The notes: a model not told the origin generated them from the letters alone. Numbered from the stretch's first letter, positions 29,969-44,689 are shown. The stretch is 64,000 bases of DNA from Eledone cirrhosa (GCA_964016885.1 OZ024754.1:35898001-35962000), one strand, 5' to 3'. A program made the numbers and translations.

Positions 29969-31446
29969 ATGATATTTGTTTATTGAAAAAAAAACAACAA
30001 AGATTTAATATAATAGGTCTGTTTGAGAACAGGTTTTGAATTGACCAATAGAAAAGTAGTAAGAGGTCAAGTTGATAGAATAGTAGTAGTAGAAATTTAA
30101 TTTAGTGGTAGAGGAATGCAGACTTCAGTTTTGAATGGAAATAATATTTTGAATGAAAAGATTACTTTGGGGACGAAAAGAGGTCAAGCCGGTGAAAGGT
30201 ACACGAAAATTTGATGTTATTAAAGAATAATGCTAATGTTAAAATCGAAGGAGAATAAAATTTTAGGATAAATGTGTTAGTGAGAAATACCAATCTTATT
30301 TAAAACATAAGGAATTTAGATCTATAAAAAGAAATTAAATTAATTTAATTGATAGGTATACTTATAGGAATAAATTTATATTAATTCATATAGATGTGAT
30401 AAATAAGAATTAGATGTTATTAAAGAATGTTGTTAAAAACGAAGGAAAACATTTTTTTTGCGGGATAAATGTATTAGTGAGAAATAACAAACTTATATAG
30501 ACTACAAGGAATTTAGATTTATAACAGGAAATTAAAATAGTTTATATGTATAGTTATAGGTATTAATTTTAGGAAAAGATAGCTGTAAATCATCGAATTA
30601 GAAGAACTTTCAAATATTATAAACCTAATTAATTGTTTCTACTTTAGGCACAAGGCCAGCAATTACCAGTGCATTACTGGTACTTTATTTTATCGACCCC
30701 CTAAGGATGAAATATTATAAACCTAATTAATATACACTTATATTTTACAAATTATTATAATTATTTTTTTAAAATTTAGTTAACCTATAATTAGTATTTT
30801 ACTACTGAGAACTTCATAATTTTATTTCCCTTTTACAGCTATCTTTTCCTAAAATTAATACCTATAAGTATACATATAAACTATTTTAATTTCCTGTTAT
30901 AAATCTAAATTCCTTGTAGTCTATATAAGTTTGTTATTTCTCACTAATACATTTATCCCGCAAAAAAATGTTTTCCTTCGTTTTTAACAACATTCTTTAA
31001 TAACATCTAACTCTTATTTATCACATCTTTATAAATTAATATAAATTTATCCCTATAAATATACCTATCAATTAAATTAATTTAATTTCTTTTTATAGAT
31101 CTAAATTCCTTATGTTTTAAATAAGATTGGTATTTCTCACTAACATATTTATCCTGAAATTTTATTCTCCTTCGATTTTAACATTAGCATTATTCTTTAA
31201 TAACATCAAATTTTCGTGTACTTTTCACCGGCTTGACCTCTTTTCGTCCCCAAAGTAATCTTTTCATTCAAAATATTATTTCCATTCAAAACTGAAGTCT
31301 GCATTCCTCTACCACTAAATTAAATTTCTACTACTACTATTCTATCAACTTGACCACTTACTACTTTTCTATTGGTCAATTCAAAACCTGTTCCCAAGCA
31401 GACTTATTATATTAAATCTTTGTTGTTTTTTTTTTCAAATATCATT
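29969..31446. repeat. Long inverted repeat with ~600-bp AT-rich arms
   Basis: ~29970-30590 is the near-identical reverse complement of ~30833-31446; each arm holds a diverged ~200-bp tandem duplication. Confidence 0.9.
30630..30711 (-). mobile_element. 5'-truncated SINE A with ~21-bp TSD
   Basis: AATATTATAAACCTAATTAAT repeated at ~30613 and ~30711. Confidence 0.82.
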
Positions 31447-32634
31447 CGCCAAGGTTAACTTTGCCTTTCATCCTTACGGGGTCGATAAAAAAAGTACCAG
31501 TAATGTACTGGGTAATTGCTGGCGATTCTTTGCTTAAACTTTAATCTGTTATTTCAATATATATATATTTATATTCATATTTATATATATACGAGACAAA
31601 CCACAAAACCCTCCATCTCAGTTTTACTTTTGAAAAGCATATAAATAAATATTCTTAAAAAGTACCTTATTCAAGTGGCGCCGGTAAGGTATTGCCATTG
31701 AAAAGAACCCTAGATAGATAGATATATACATGTGCATAAAACAATTTAAAAACGAAACAAAAACAAAAACAGAAGTCAGGTGTAGGTAGATAGTTCATTT
31801 TTTTACGATAGTTTCCAGAGGGTCGTAAAGTGGTTTTTTTTAAAAGGGGTTTGTCCTAAGGATACAGGATTTTATGGTAGCTCCTAGTTTTCTTACTACC
31901 TTAATGTTATGGCGTGGGTTCAATTGGCAAAATGACCATCTCCAATGTTGATGATGACGATGATGATGATATTGATGATGATGATGTTGACGATGATGGT
32001 GATGATGATAATGATGATGATGATGTATTAGTATTTTTATTTTTAAATAATTATTTATATTCCTTAAATTCTTAGATTTTTTTTTTTATATTTCTTTTTT
32101 ATTTCTTAAAAAATTTTTTTTTACAAATTTCACAAAACTGCTCAATTAAAAAGTTAATCGTTTCTTTTTGGGGGAGGGGGGGGGGGGTGACTACATAAAA
32201 GAAACGTCATCACCCCCCCCCCCCACCCACACACACAGGCCAACTTAACAATTACACTAACACCAAACCACCACCTTACTCTATCGTACAATCCCACCCC
32301 ACGCCGCCACAACCCCAACCCCACCCCGCCACAACCCCAACCCAAACCGCCAGCCCGCCACAACCCCAACCCCACGCCGCCACAATCCCAGCCCCACTCC
32401 AGTTCTCTACAATTAAGAGATGTGTGAACCCTCTTAGGAGATGGATTTAATTAATCATTGATCACTTTATTTCCATATTTTCTAATTAATCTTTAATCAA
32501 CTCTTTAAAAGACGACAACGACAAGGTTGAACGGGAGGGGGGGGGGTAGAGAGGAGGAGGAGGAGGAGGAGTTCTTCTTCTTCTCATCATCCTCTTCTTC
32601 TTCTTCTTCTTCTTCTTCTTCTTCTTCTTCTTCG

Positions 32635-32875
32635 TGGCATAAAGCTATGGCTCTTTACGTTCTGAGTTCAAATCCCGCCGAGGTTAACTTTGCCTTTTAT
32701 CCTTACGGGGCCGCTAAAATAAAGTACCAGTAATGCACTGGGATCGATTTAATCGACTTTCCCCTCCCCCAAAATTGTTGGCCGTGTGCCTATATATGAA
32801 ACCATTGATAAAATAAAGTACCAGTAATACACTGACATAATTGCTGGTCTTGTGCCAAAAATAGAAACAATTATT
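32635..32875 (+). mobile_element. SINE family A with duplicated tail
   Basis: B box, central domain and two tail copies. Confidence 0.83.
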
Positions 32876-32879
32876 ATTA

Positions 32880-33599
32880 TTTGAAACTTCCTTTCAGTTC
32901 TGCTTTTTCCCAAATCTTGCCGAGTGTCAACTTGACACCTGAGGCAATATTTGATAATACACACATTTTACAATCAATTGTCACACAAATGATGCCACAA
33001 GGGCACAAACAACAATCAGTTGTCACACAAATGATGCCACAAGGGCACAAACAACAATCAATTGTCACACAAATGATGCCAAAAGGGCCCAAACAACAGT
33101 AAATATCTTTGCAAGCTTTTAAAATTGATAATGCCCTTCTCAGGACATGGACACTACCAGTCAGCACTATTTTCTGTATGTCTTGCAGAGATGGTTTTCC
33201 AGGTATCTGGTCCAAATATTTTTCAGTTCCCTCTTTTATCATTCCAAGTGTACTGACTATCACTGGCATTGTACAGGCCTTAAGATACCACATTTTCTCA
33301 ATTTCAATTGATAGATACTTATACTTACTATGTGAAGGCGCATGTCTTAGTGGTTAGAGCATCGGGCTTGCAATCGAAAGGTTGTGAGTTCAATTCTCGA
33401 ACCGGGTGATGTGTTGTTTCCTTGAGCAAGACACTTTATTTCACGTTGCTCCAGTTTACTCAGCTGTAGAAATGAGATGATAGGACTGGGGGTCCCTATC
33501 ATTAAATCACCCAAGACACCTCCAACGAGATATACCTTGGAGGAGGCCAGCTAAACCTGCATAGGTGTGAGCTGTCACACACACACACACACACACACA

Positions 33600-33640
<41 letters not shown>

Positions 33641-34045
33641 TTACTATACTTTCCGAACTCTTTTGAGATGTTACGACAGATGAAATCCTCATGTCAATTT
33701 TGAAACATGTTTTCTCTTTATGATCCTTCACAATTATATCAGTTCTGTTGACCTTGATTGTTCTGTTAATATTCACAAGTAAATTCCATAGGATTGTCAC
33801 ATTCTCGTCCCCTGTCACTGCATCTGTGTGATGGTTGTACCAGTTTCTCTCCGTTTATAGACCATAAAACCAGGACATTACCCAGTGTAAGTATTGCACT
33901 ATTTTATCATGCCTCGTTTTATATTCCTGGCCAGCTAATACCTTGTAGCCTGAAACCAGGTGGTCAATGGTCTCAACATGTTCATCACAGAATCGACATT
34001 TTTGGTCAGTTCCATTTCTGATCCTATTGGCTTGAAAGTTGCGCA
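32880..34045 (-). pseudogene. 3' remnant of an RLE-type non-LTR retrotransposon (Dong/R4-like), interrupted by a SINE and (CA)n
   Basis: CRFCDEHVETIDHLVSG...YKTRHD zinc motif, NRTDIIVKD...IDM (degenerate PD..D endonuclease), IEKMWYLK...QKIVLTGSVHVLRRAL; 3' end runs into (TAA)n. Confidence 0.85.
33332..33575 (+). mobile_element. SINE family B ending in (CA)n
   Basis: Near-identical inverted copy at 42492-42722. Confidence 0.85.
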
Positions 34046-34240
34046 TTGAGAGACACTGGACTTGTGTTGTGCAGCCAAAATGCAGCCCTCACTTCCTGAG
34101 ACATTTGTCATTACTCGACCAACAAGCTACTCACACATCTCCACACTTCACTACTACTACTACTACTACAACAACTACTACTACTACGACTACTACTACT
34201 ACTACTACAACTACTACTACTACTACTACTACTACTGCTG

Positions 34241-34377
<137 letters not shown>

Positions 34378-34396
34378 GCTGCTGCGGTTGCTGCTG

Positions 34397-34441
<45 letters not shown>

Positions 34442-34443
34442 TA

Positions 34444-34483
<40 letters not shown>

Positions 34484-34484
34484 T

Positions 34485-34525
<41 letters not shown>

Positions 34526-34526
34526 T

Positions 34527-34571
<45 letters not shown>

Positions 34572-34889
34572 CACTACCACTACCACTACTACTACGACTA
34601 CGACTACTACTACTACTACTACGACTACTACTACTACTACATCGCCGAACCAATATTAATACCCACTAAATATATGTAAGTATTTATGAACCTGAGGACA
34701 ATGTCATCTATCTATCTATCTATCTATTTCTCTCTCTCCCTCCCAACCCCCTCTCTCTCTCTATATATATATATGCATGTCTATGTATGTATATATGTAT
34801 GTATATATATATGTATATATATATATGTATATATATATATTTATATATGTGTGTATATATATATATACACATACATACAAACATAGACA

Positions 34890-34943
<54 letters not shown>

Positions 34944-35080
34944 TGTATGTATGTATGTATATATATATATATATATATAGACATGCATATATATATATAC
35001 ATATATATATATATATTATATATATATACATGTATGTATGTATATACATATATATATATATATAAGGTTACTATTAATAT

Positions 35081-35129
<49 letters not shown>

Positions 35130-35171
35130 ATGCACAGTATCAACACTGCTATTCCAACACACACCAAACAC

Positions 35172-35230
<59 letters not shown>

Positions 35231-35283
35231 TATTTATACATGCATGTATGTATATATATATATATACATACATGCATGTATAA

Positions 35284-35323
<40 letters not shown>

Positions 35324-35365
35324 GTGTTTGGTCTGTTGGAATAGCAGTGTTGATACTGTGCATAA

Positions 35366-35450
<85 letters not shown>

Positions 35451-35718
35451 TGTGTGTGTGTGTGCGTGTGTGTGTGTGTGTGTGTGTGCGTGTGTGTGTG
35501 TGTGTGTGTGAGACAGAAATAGGAATCGATGCCTGGACTCCATCTGATGTGGTCATTAACATTTATATTTTATAGAGTTGTCAGTGTTATTAATTAACTT
35601 GAGCACGTGCTCAATACACCTCCTGCGCATGTGTGTCACTCTGTGTTTGTATGTTTATCAGCGTGTTCATTTGTGTGCGTATATCAGAAGAGGTGCGTAC
35701 GTGTCTATGTATGTGTGA

Positions 35719-35792
<74 letters not shown>

Positions 35793-35920
35793 AAGGAATA
35801 GTGGTAAGGAACCAGATGGACCATAACGCACCAGTCCAGAAATAGCCGTCGAAACGGCTTGAGCTCTGCCGTCGGGGTCATGCTTTTTCCTATATATATA
35901 TATATGTATACATATATATA

Positions 35921-35989
<69 letters not shown>

Positions 35990-36376
35990 CGAAGGAAATG
36001 TGATAAGGAACCAGGTGGACCATAACACACCAAAGTACTCAACACTTAGGGTATTAGAGTGGGTAATAGGGATGAGTAGGACGCCGACGGTTGAGCTCAA
36101 GCCGTTTCGACGGCTAATTCTGGACTAAATGAACATTTTTATCCTGGTATATGAATAGCCGAGCTTCTCAGGGGGTAATTCCATATATGGTAAAAGTGAT
36201 TCTCACAAGGATTGGTCAAAAGTTTGTTGTTGAGACACATAATTCTATCATGGCAATTTGTGGAAGGAAGGTTCAGTTACCCCTTCCTTCCACAAATTGC
36301 CATGATAGAATTATGTGTCTCAACAACAAACTTTTGACCAATCCTTGTGACAATCACTTTTACCATATATGGAATT

Positions 36377-36472
36377 ACCCCATGAGAAGCTCGGCTATTC
36401 ATATACCAGGATAAAAATGTTCACTTAGTCCAGAATTAGCCGTCGAAACGGCTTGAGCTCAGCCGTCGGGGT
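36377..36472 (+). ncRNA. Type I hammerhead-like fold with degenerate 5' core (AACGAAGG family)
   Basis: ACCCC-AUGAGAA (CUGAGAA in the inverted arm, 36165-36171)-stem II CGGCUA/UAGCCG-GAAA-CGGC UUGAGCUCA GCCG-UC-GGGGU. Confidence 0.6.
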
Positions 36473-36482
36473 CCTACTCATT

Positions 36483-36547
<65 letters not shown>

Positions 36548-36696
36548 GACGTAAAATAAGAAAATTTTAAAAATTAAAAATCATCTTACTTACTAAAATT
36601 TTCACTCCAACTAATTAGTTTCTGTAAGGGGATAAATATAGTTACATAATATAATATAGGTGAACATCTGTACACATATGTTGGTAAATGTACTAA

Positions 36697-36750
<54 letters not shown>

Positions 36751-36819
36751 TCACACACATACATATATGTGTGTCTGTTGAACAATGAAAACAAAAGGCG
36801 AAATTTAGTGCTTAATCAG

Positions 36820-37061
36820 TACGAGACTCTATTTGGACAGGACACCGTCTATTGGTTTCATTGGCGTTAAGCGACTGAGACTAGAACACTCTCCCCGGAG
36901 AATACGATGTTTATCGATTTTCTTGGCGTTAAGCGACTGAGAATACAAGACTCTCCCTGGAGAGGACACAGTCTATCGGTTTCCTTGGTGTTAAGCGACT
37001 GAGAGTACAAGATTGTCCTTGGACAGGACACCCTCTATCGGTTTCCTTGGCGTTAAGCGAC
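36820..37061. repeat. Four ~62-bp tandem units derived from the SINE B 3' region
   Basis: TTGGCGTTAAGCGACTGAGA recurs; unit resembles 37425-37480. Confidence 0.8.
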
Positions 37062-37099
37062 ATATTTTATTACATATTTTATTTTTATTTCTTATTCTA

Positions 37100-37135
37100 T
37101 TTTCTGATGAAGGACTAGTGTTCGAAAGGTTAAGA
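37100..37135 (+). ncRNA. Minimal hammerhead motif, diverged copy
   Basis: CUGAUGA-AGGACUAGUGUUC-GAAAGGUU-AAGA; flanks match 29290-29400 and 15760-15880. Confidence 0.62.
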
Positions 37136-37371
37136 ATTTGTTCCTATTATTTCAAGCGTTAAACTAATATATTTCTTCATTGTACTCTGAGGTTTGCTTT
37201 GTTTAGTGGTTCTCTACCCCTCGTAATTGAAAACATACCCTCTTGTGTTTTCTTCTCTATATACTGTTGCATGAAGAGGCCAGGACTTATCCCTTGAGCT
37301 CGTTAAATGACAAGGGATTAACGCGAGGTTTTAGCTCCGTTTTTTTTCATTTGATATATATACATATATAC

Positions 37372-37645
37372 AAAGTCTAAGGTCTGTCTTAAGCCAGAAG
37401 GCTCATTTGGCCTGTGCTTATCCCGGTTTAATGGCGTGGCGATACTGAGAGTACAAGATTCCCCCTGGACAGGCCGACAATCCATCGCAGGATTAAACCC
37501 GCAGCTATTGCTGGTACTCATTTTCAGCTGAGTATACTGGAGCAACGTGAAATGAAGTGTTTTGCTCAAGAACACAACACGCAACCCAGGAATCGAACCC
37601 ACGACATTATGGTCGTAAGTCCAACACTCTTACCACCTGGCCACA
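37372..37645 (-). mobile_element. SINE family B variant, full length
   Basis: Minus strand TGGCCAGGTGGT and GGTTCGATTCC boxes, then CTTGAGCAAAACACTT. Confidence 0.82.
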
Positions 37646-37691
37646 TACATATATATATTTACATATATATATATACAAATACGTATATGTA

Positions 37692-37808
<117 letters not shown>

Positions 37809-37824
37809 TATATATAATATATAT

Positions 37825-37856
<32 letters not shown>

Positions 37857-38057
37857 AAAGGAACGATCGACTTTCGTCAAATCGGTCCGAGGGAACAATG
37901 TTTCCGTTGGTCTTTCCAATTGCTAATACTATCTATCGGTCGCAACTCCAGGTAGAAGGAGCAACGTGAAATAAAGTGTCTTGCTCAAGGACATAACGCA
38001 TCGCCTGGTCCATATATATATATATAAATAAATATATACACACATATACATATACGC

Positions 38058-38110
<53 letters not shown>

Positions 38111-38281
38111 TATACGTATATGTGCATGTGTGTATATATTTATATGTATATATATATATATATATACATACACATACACAAAATGTATATATATATATAT
38201 TTATATGTATGTATATATATGTATATATAAACTATATATATAAATATATATATAGTTTATATATATATATATACATACATA

Positions 38282-38371
<90 letters not shown>

Positions 38372-38804
38372 CATTGTGTGTATGTGTATGTATGTGTGTG
38401 TGTATGTGTGAGTGTGTGTCTGACTTGAAAGACCGATGGAACGTGTCTGAAGTTCATCAGAAGAATTCGGAAGACATTTTAGCTGAGCCATTAGTAAGAG
38501 TGATCTTTATTGCTTTGAATTAACAGACGACATCCATATTATGGCGTTCAATAAAGTATTATATCTTCTGTCTCATGACGAATGGATGTCTTTATTTTTC
38601 ATTTCCCCTTAAAAAATGCTACATTACTCTTCTCTATAGTTACGTCTCCTCCTCTTCCATTTTCCCTTTTTTTTCATTCCCTCCCTCTCTTTCTCTCTTT
38701 CTCTCTTTCTCTCTTTCTCTCTTTATCTATCTCACCCTCCCATTTCACTGTCTCTTTATACACACACACTTATACAATATACATGCATACACACACACAC
38801 ACGC

Positions 38805-38864
<60 letters not shown>

Positions 38865-38901
38865 CACCCTTGTATACCGAATATATATATATTTATATAT
38901 G

Positions 38902-38944
<43 letters not shown>

Positions 38945-38982
38945 ATGTATATATATATATATACACATATATATACATATAT

Positions 38983-39034
<52 letters not shown>

Positions 39035-39067
39035 TTATATATATGTATATATATATATATATATATA

Positions 39068-39121
<54 letters not shown>

Positions 39122-39156
39122 TGCATATATATATATATATATATACATATATATAA

Positions 39157-39198
<42 letters not shown>

Positions 39199-39218
39199 AT
39201 GTATATATATACATATAT

Positions 39219-39268
<50 letters not shown>

Positions 39269-39273
39269 TTATA

Positions 39274-39306
<33 letters not shown>

Positions 39307-39381
39307 GCATATATAAGTCCACACATACACACACGCACGCACATACACACACATACATATAAATATATTTATATTCACCTA

Positions 39382-39509
<128 letters not shown>

Positions 39510-39763
39510 CTTTGTTCGAATTGATGTATATGAATATATATAAAAACATTAGCAAATATTTTCATAAGTATTCATGCATATATATAACATTGTGTGTGTG
39601 TGTGACTATATATAGGTATGTATGCACATGTAACGGTGCAAGTAACGGTGCATATGCATATATTTACCCATGTATAAAAGTGCACAACCACGGCTGCACA
39701 CATATGCACAATTACATGCAAACATAATACATAAAAGTGGTAATGTATATATATATATATGTA

Positions 39764-39958
<195 letters not shown>

Positions 39959-39966
39959 CCCATGCT

Positions 39967-40166
39967 NNNNNNNNNNNNNNNNNNNNNNNNNNNNNNNNNN
40001 NNNNNNNNNNNNNNNNNNNNNNNNNNNNNNNNNNNNNNNNNNNNNNNNNNNNNNNNNNNNNNNNNNNNNNNNNNNNNNNNNNNNNNNNNNNNNNNNNNNN
40101 NNNNNNNNNNNNNNNNNNNNNNNNNNNNNNNNNNNNNNNNNNNNNNNNNNNNNNNNNNNNNNNNNN
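39967..40166. other. Assembly gap (200 N)
   Basis: Direct reading. Confidence 0.99.
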
Positions 40167-40246
40167 TATATACGTTTCTATGTATGTATGAATGTATGTA
40201 TATACGTATGATATATATATACATACACAGATATATATATATATAT

Positions 40247-40312
<66 letters not shown>

Positions 40313-40382
40313 TACCATATATATGTACTACCATGACTGAATCTTAACCATCTACTATGTCAGGGTATGTCATGCATCATCT

Positions 40383-40449
40383 TATTTTATCTGATGAGGA
40401 CGTACTGTTGAACTTAACTCAGTACCTCTGAAATATGTATAATAAAATA
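40383..40449 (+). ncRNA. Type I hammerhead ribozyme motif, intact core
   Basis: UAUUUUAU-CUGAUGA-(GUACUG...CAGUAC)-GAAA-UAUGUA-UA-AUAAAAUA. Confidence 0.78.
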
Positions 40450-41293
40450 TACTTGATCACAAGAATATCTATTTTGTTAATATTTTGAATTAATATTAAT
40501 AACTCTGGAAAACCTTTTTATTCTGTTGAGTGCTTCCAATCTATTGTAAAACTCATTCTTTGATGTATTCATTGAACCTTGTTTAACTTTTACAAATAAT
40601 AGTTAAATGCAGTCCACTTAGGTGTAGTCCAGTTATGGTATTCCGGGTAGTGGATGATATTAACGCTTGGCTAAGTTTGACTCAACAAGGCGTTTTCATA
40701 GTGATGCTGCGAGTACGCTGTAATTCCTATGTTATAAACACTTGGAGTAATAATAAATCAGGAAAGAAGAGTAACACGGTTTGCTATACAAAAAAGGTTT
40801 TTAATCTCATTGCTGACAATTGTTTCTCTGAACTGGTAGGTCTAGAGATCGCTATCCGCTTATTTTCGCGTTACTCGATCGCCAATACAGAATTATAACC
40901 AGTCGCTCGCAAGCTCCGATGAATTGACTGGTTATATATATATATAGGAACAAGTAAGACCCCAACGGCTGAGCTCAAGCCGTTTCGACGGCTAATATAT
41001 ATATAATATATATATATACTAGTGAAAGATTGAAGAATAACATGGGGTCGGCTGAACAAAAAGGGGTTTTATTTACAGTTTAACAATTGTTTCATTGATC
41101 AGGTGAGTCTAAAGGCCACTAATCACTCGAAGTTGCGTCACTCGACCTTAAATACAGTGTTTGTCTCTGATCAAATCATCGGAATATAATTATATAACAT
41201 TTAGAAAGATACTGATGTTACATAAATCGTTTATTCATTATAATTAGTTCAACGGTTCTCCATGCAAACATCAGCATCTTTCTTATTGTTATT

Positions 41294-41644
41294 AGCATAG
41301 AGTTACGCCCCTTTATGATTTGAGTTCAGATCCCGCCGAGGTTAACTTTGCCTTTCATCCCTACGGTGTCGGTAAAGGGGCGTAACTCTATGCTGCAAAG
41401 CATGGCGTCCGACCTTCTACCGATACTGCAAATCCACGCCGTACGTGAAATATAATTGTTTCTACTTTTGGCACAAGGCCAGCAATTATCCCAGTGCATT
41501 ACTGGTACTTTATTTTATCGACCCCGTAAGGATGAAAGGCAAAGTTAACCGCGGCGGGATTTGAACTCAGACCGTAAAGGAGCTTAACTCTATGCTGCAA
41601 AGCATGGCGTCCGACCTTCTACCGGTACTGCCAATCCACGCCCT
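41294..41644. mobile_element. Cluster of SINE A pieces, including a full minus-strand copy at 41453-41644
   Basis: Match the consensus; TACGTGAAATATAAT duplicated around the full copy. Confidence 0.83.
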
Positions 41645-42354
41645 ACGTGAAATATAATGTCCTGCCCAAGGACACAACGCGTCGCCGAGTATCGAACAGA
41701 GGACGTTACGATAATGAGCCAAACATCTGATCCATTAAGCCGCGCATTTTTACACAATTACAGTAGAGCTGTGTGTTCTATTTATTGGAATATCTTTGTT
41801 TACAATGATTTGTACACTTCTTTCATTTTGTGGAATAAAATTACAATCATCAACTCTTCTCTTGCGTTCAACAAATCTCGCTTACTGATGTAATTGCTTT
41901 GTCGTGAAATAATTTAGCTTTGGGCGAAGTTCGTCCGAATATAATCTCACCCTATTCATATAACCGACATGGGATTCTTTTTATGTCATTTTAAAGCAAT
42001 TACATGAGTCACTATTGCAGTTATGAACTCCAATAAAGACAAACTTTTATAAATACATCTTAGTTTCTTTTGTTGTTTTTTTTTTTCAATCTTTTATACT
42101 TTTCTTTTTTGATTTCAGTCATTAGACTGAGGCCATGCTGAGACACCATCTTAAACATCTAATCAGATTCTTTTTACCTCTTTCGATCAAGTTTTTCAGT
42201 ACTTTCCAGTGTTGTCAATGTTATCGTCATGTTGTTTGTTATTAATTCTCTAAATAGTGAATTTAAATATCGACAGAGTGCGTTAATCAGAGATCAGAGA
42301 GTTGTTCTAAGGGGGAGCCGCTTCTTCTCAGAATTTTGTGTGTGTGTGTGTGTG

Positions 42355-42467
<113 letters not shown>

Positions 42468-42491
42468 GTGTGTGTGTGTGAGTGTGTGTGA

Positions 42492-42722
42492 CAGCTCACA
42501 CCTATGCAGGTTTAGCTGGCCTCCACCAAGGTATATCTCGTTGGAGGTGTCTTGGGTAATTTTAATGATAGGGACCCCAGTCCCTATCATCTCATTTATA
42601 CAGCTGAGTAAACTGGAGCAACGTGAAATAAAGTGTCTTGCTCAAGGAAGCAACACATCACCCAGTTCGAGAATTGAACTCACAACCTTTCGATTGCGAG
42701 CCCAATGCTCTAACTACTAAGC
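42492..42722 (-). mobile_element. SINE family B ending in (CA)n
   Basis: Reverse complement of 33332-33575. Confidence 0.85.
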
Positions 42723-42982
42723 CTTCTCGGAATTGAGAGATTACAGCTCCGACCAAGAAGCCAGGAAACAAAAGCTGTTCTATGGACCTACAATGTAGAG
42801 TTGCAGCGTGGTAACAAAACCACAATTCGGTCTTTGACAGACCGAGATGGACGCGAGATGAACCATTCCAGACTGATCTGAGAGGTCTTTCGCCAGCACT
42901 TTGCTCGGCTGTTCTCGGGGGAGCGGCAGGTCGGAGACGGTAGCGAATTTCAGTTCTTATCTCGATGGATAAGCTAGTTTTC
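42722..42982 (+). mobile_element. Decayed internal fragment of Tx1 ORF2, cut by the hAT insertion
   Basis: ACCACAATTCGGTCTTTGACAGACCGAGATGGACG...CACTTTGCTCGGCTGTTC aligns to ~49995-50090. Confidence 0.75.
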
Positions 42983-42990
42983 CTCTAAAT

Positions 42991-43842
42991 CAGAGGTTCT
43001 CAATGTGGGCGCGCCGCCCCTCCCCTCAGAGGGGGGGGGGTCATTGAGAAGGTCCAGGGAGCGCTGGGTCCTAAGGGGGGGGGGGGGGGGAGAAAGAGAT
43101 GATATAATAGTATATTAAATATCAAATGATACATATTATATAGTAAAATAAAAAAAATATATAATATTTATTTATATATAATATATATATTATTTATTCT
43201 ATATAAATTAACGATTCTATTTACCGTATTTCCTAAAATAAGTCTCACAAAACTACTATACGTCCTGGAGGCCGAAGGTTGTTTATTATTTCCGGCGTCG
43301 AAGACGCTTCTTCCTCGAGGACGCACCCTAATTTTGACAACCAAAAATTTGCAAAAAAAATATAAAACAAATAATTGTTTCTACTTTTGGCATATGGCCA
43401 GCAATTTTCCAGCATTACTGGTACTTTATTTAGTAATGTACTGGATAATTGCTGGCCCTGTGCCAAAACTAGAAACAATTATTTGTTTTATATTTTTTTT
43501 GCAAATTTTTGGTTGTCAAAATTAGGGTGCGTCCTCAAGGAAGAAGCGTCTTCTGCGCCGGGAAATACGGTATTATATATTATTTACAAGTATTGGTAGA
43601 GGGTGCTTTTCAGCATAGGGTTACGTCCCTTTACGGTTTGAGTTCAGATCCAGCCGAGGTTAACTTTGCCTTTCATCCTTACGGAGTCGATAACATAAAG
43701 TACCAGTAATACACTGGGATAATTGCTGGCCTACACAATTCGTGTGTAGGCAGGTCTCTTTCTGAAAATAGGGTTGGGGGCGCTGGGGGTATTATGTGGT
43801 CGTGAAAGGGGGCAGTGGCCCCAGAAAGTTTGAGAACCTCGG
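42991..43842. mobile_element. Non-autonomous hAT (Charlie-type) DNA transposon with nested insertions
   Basis: TIRs CAGAGGTTCTCAA / TTGAGAACCTCGG (1 mismatch) and perfect 8-bp TSD CTCTAAAT at 42983-42990 and 43843-43850. Confidence 0.9.
43222..43572. mobile_element. Tc2/pogo-like MITE nested in the hAT element
   Basis: Ends TACCGTATTTCC...GGAAATACGGTA; long internal inverted repeat 43289-43420 vs 43430-43565. Confidence 0.7.
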
Positions 43843-44100
43843 CTCTAAATGGTAGCCACAGTAAAAGAAACAGCGTATAAGACGAGTGTGAGGAATGTAA
43901 AGCCGTGAATCTCCCTGACCAAATGTTCAACAACTTCAAGTATCTCTTGAATAGGAAGCTAAAGGGGGTACAGACGTACTATTACCCTCGCCAGTAATTT
44001 TACTGAAGAGTCGAATTAGATGAAGAGGATTTTCTCCAACTCTACCCCCCACCTTCTTTCCTTCTTTTTTTCTTTCTTTTTTCTTTCTTTCTTTATATAT

Positions 44101-44180
<80 letters not shown>

Positions 44181-44301
44181 TAAGAGAGTATTGAAGTTTG
44201 CTTGAAGCATTGTGGAATAATAAGAAACGACCTAAAGAAAATATATCATATATATATATAATTATATATATATATATATATATAATTATATATATAAGTA
44301 T

Positions 44302-44334
<33 letters not shown>

Positions 44335-44342
44335 ATAATTAT

Positions 44343-44506
<164 letters not shown>

Positions 44507-44511
44507 ATATA

Positions 44512-44639
<128 letters not shown>

Positions 44640-44652
44640 TATATAATTATAT

Positions 44653-44686
<34 letters not shown>

Positions 44687-44689
44687 ATA

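Noticed and set aside
29969-31446. Possible mitochondrial insertion or ankyrin fragment (MLLKNNANVK)
   Set aside because: No recognisable mitochondrial gene; frames are closed by stops and the match is too short.
36820-37061. Repeat-spacer appearance resembling a CRISPR array
   Set aside because: The 'spacers' are homologous to one another, the unit derives from a SINE, the context is eukaryotic and no cas genes are present.
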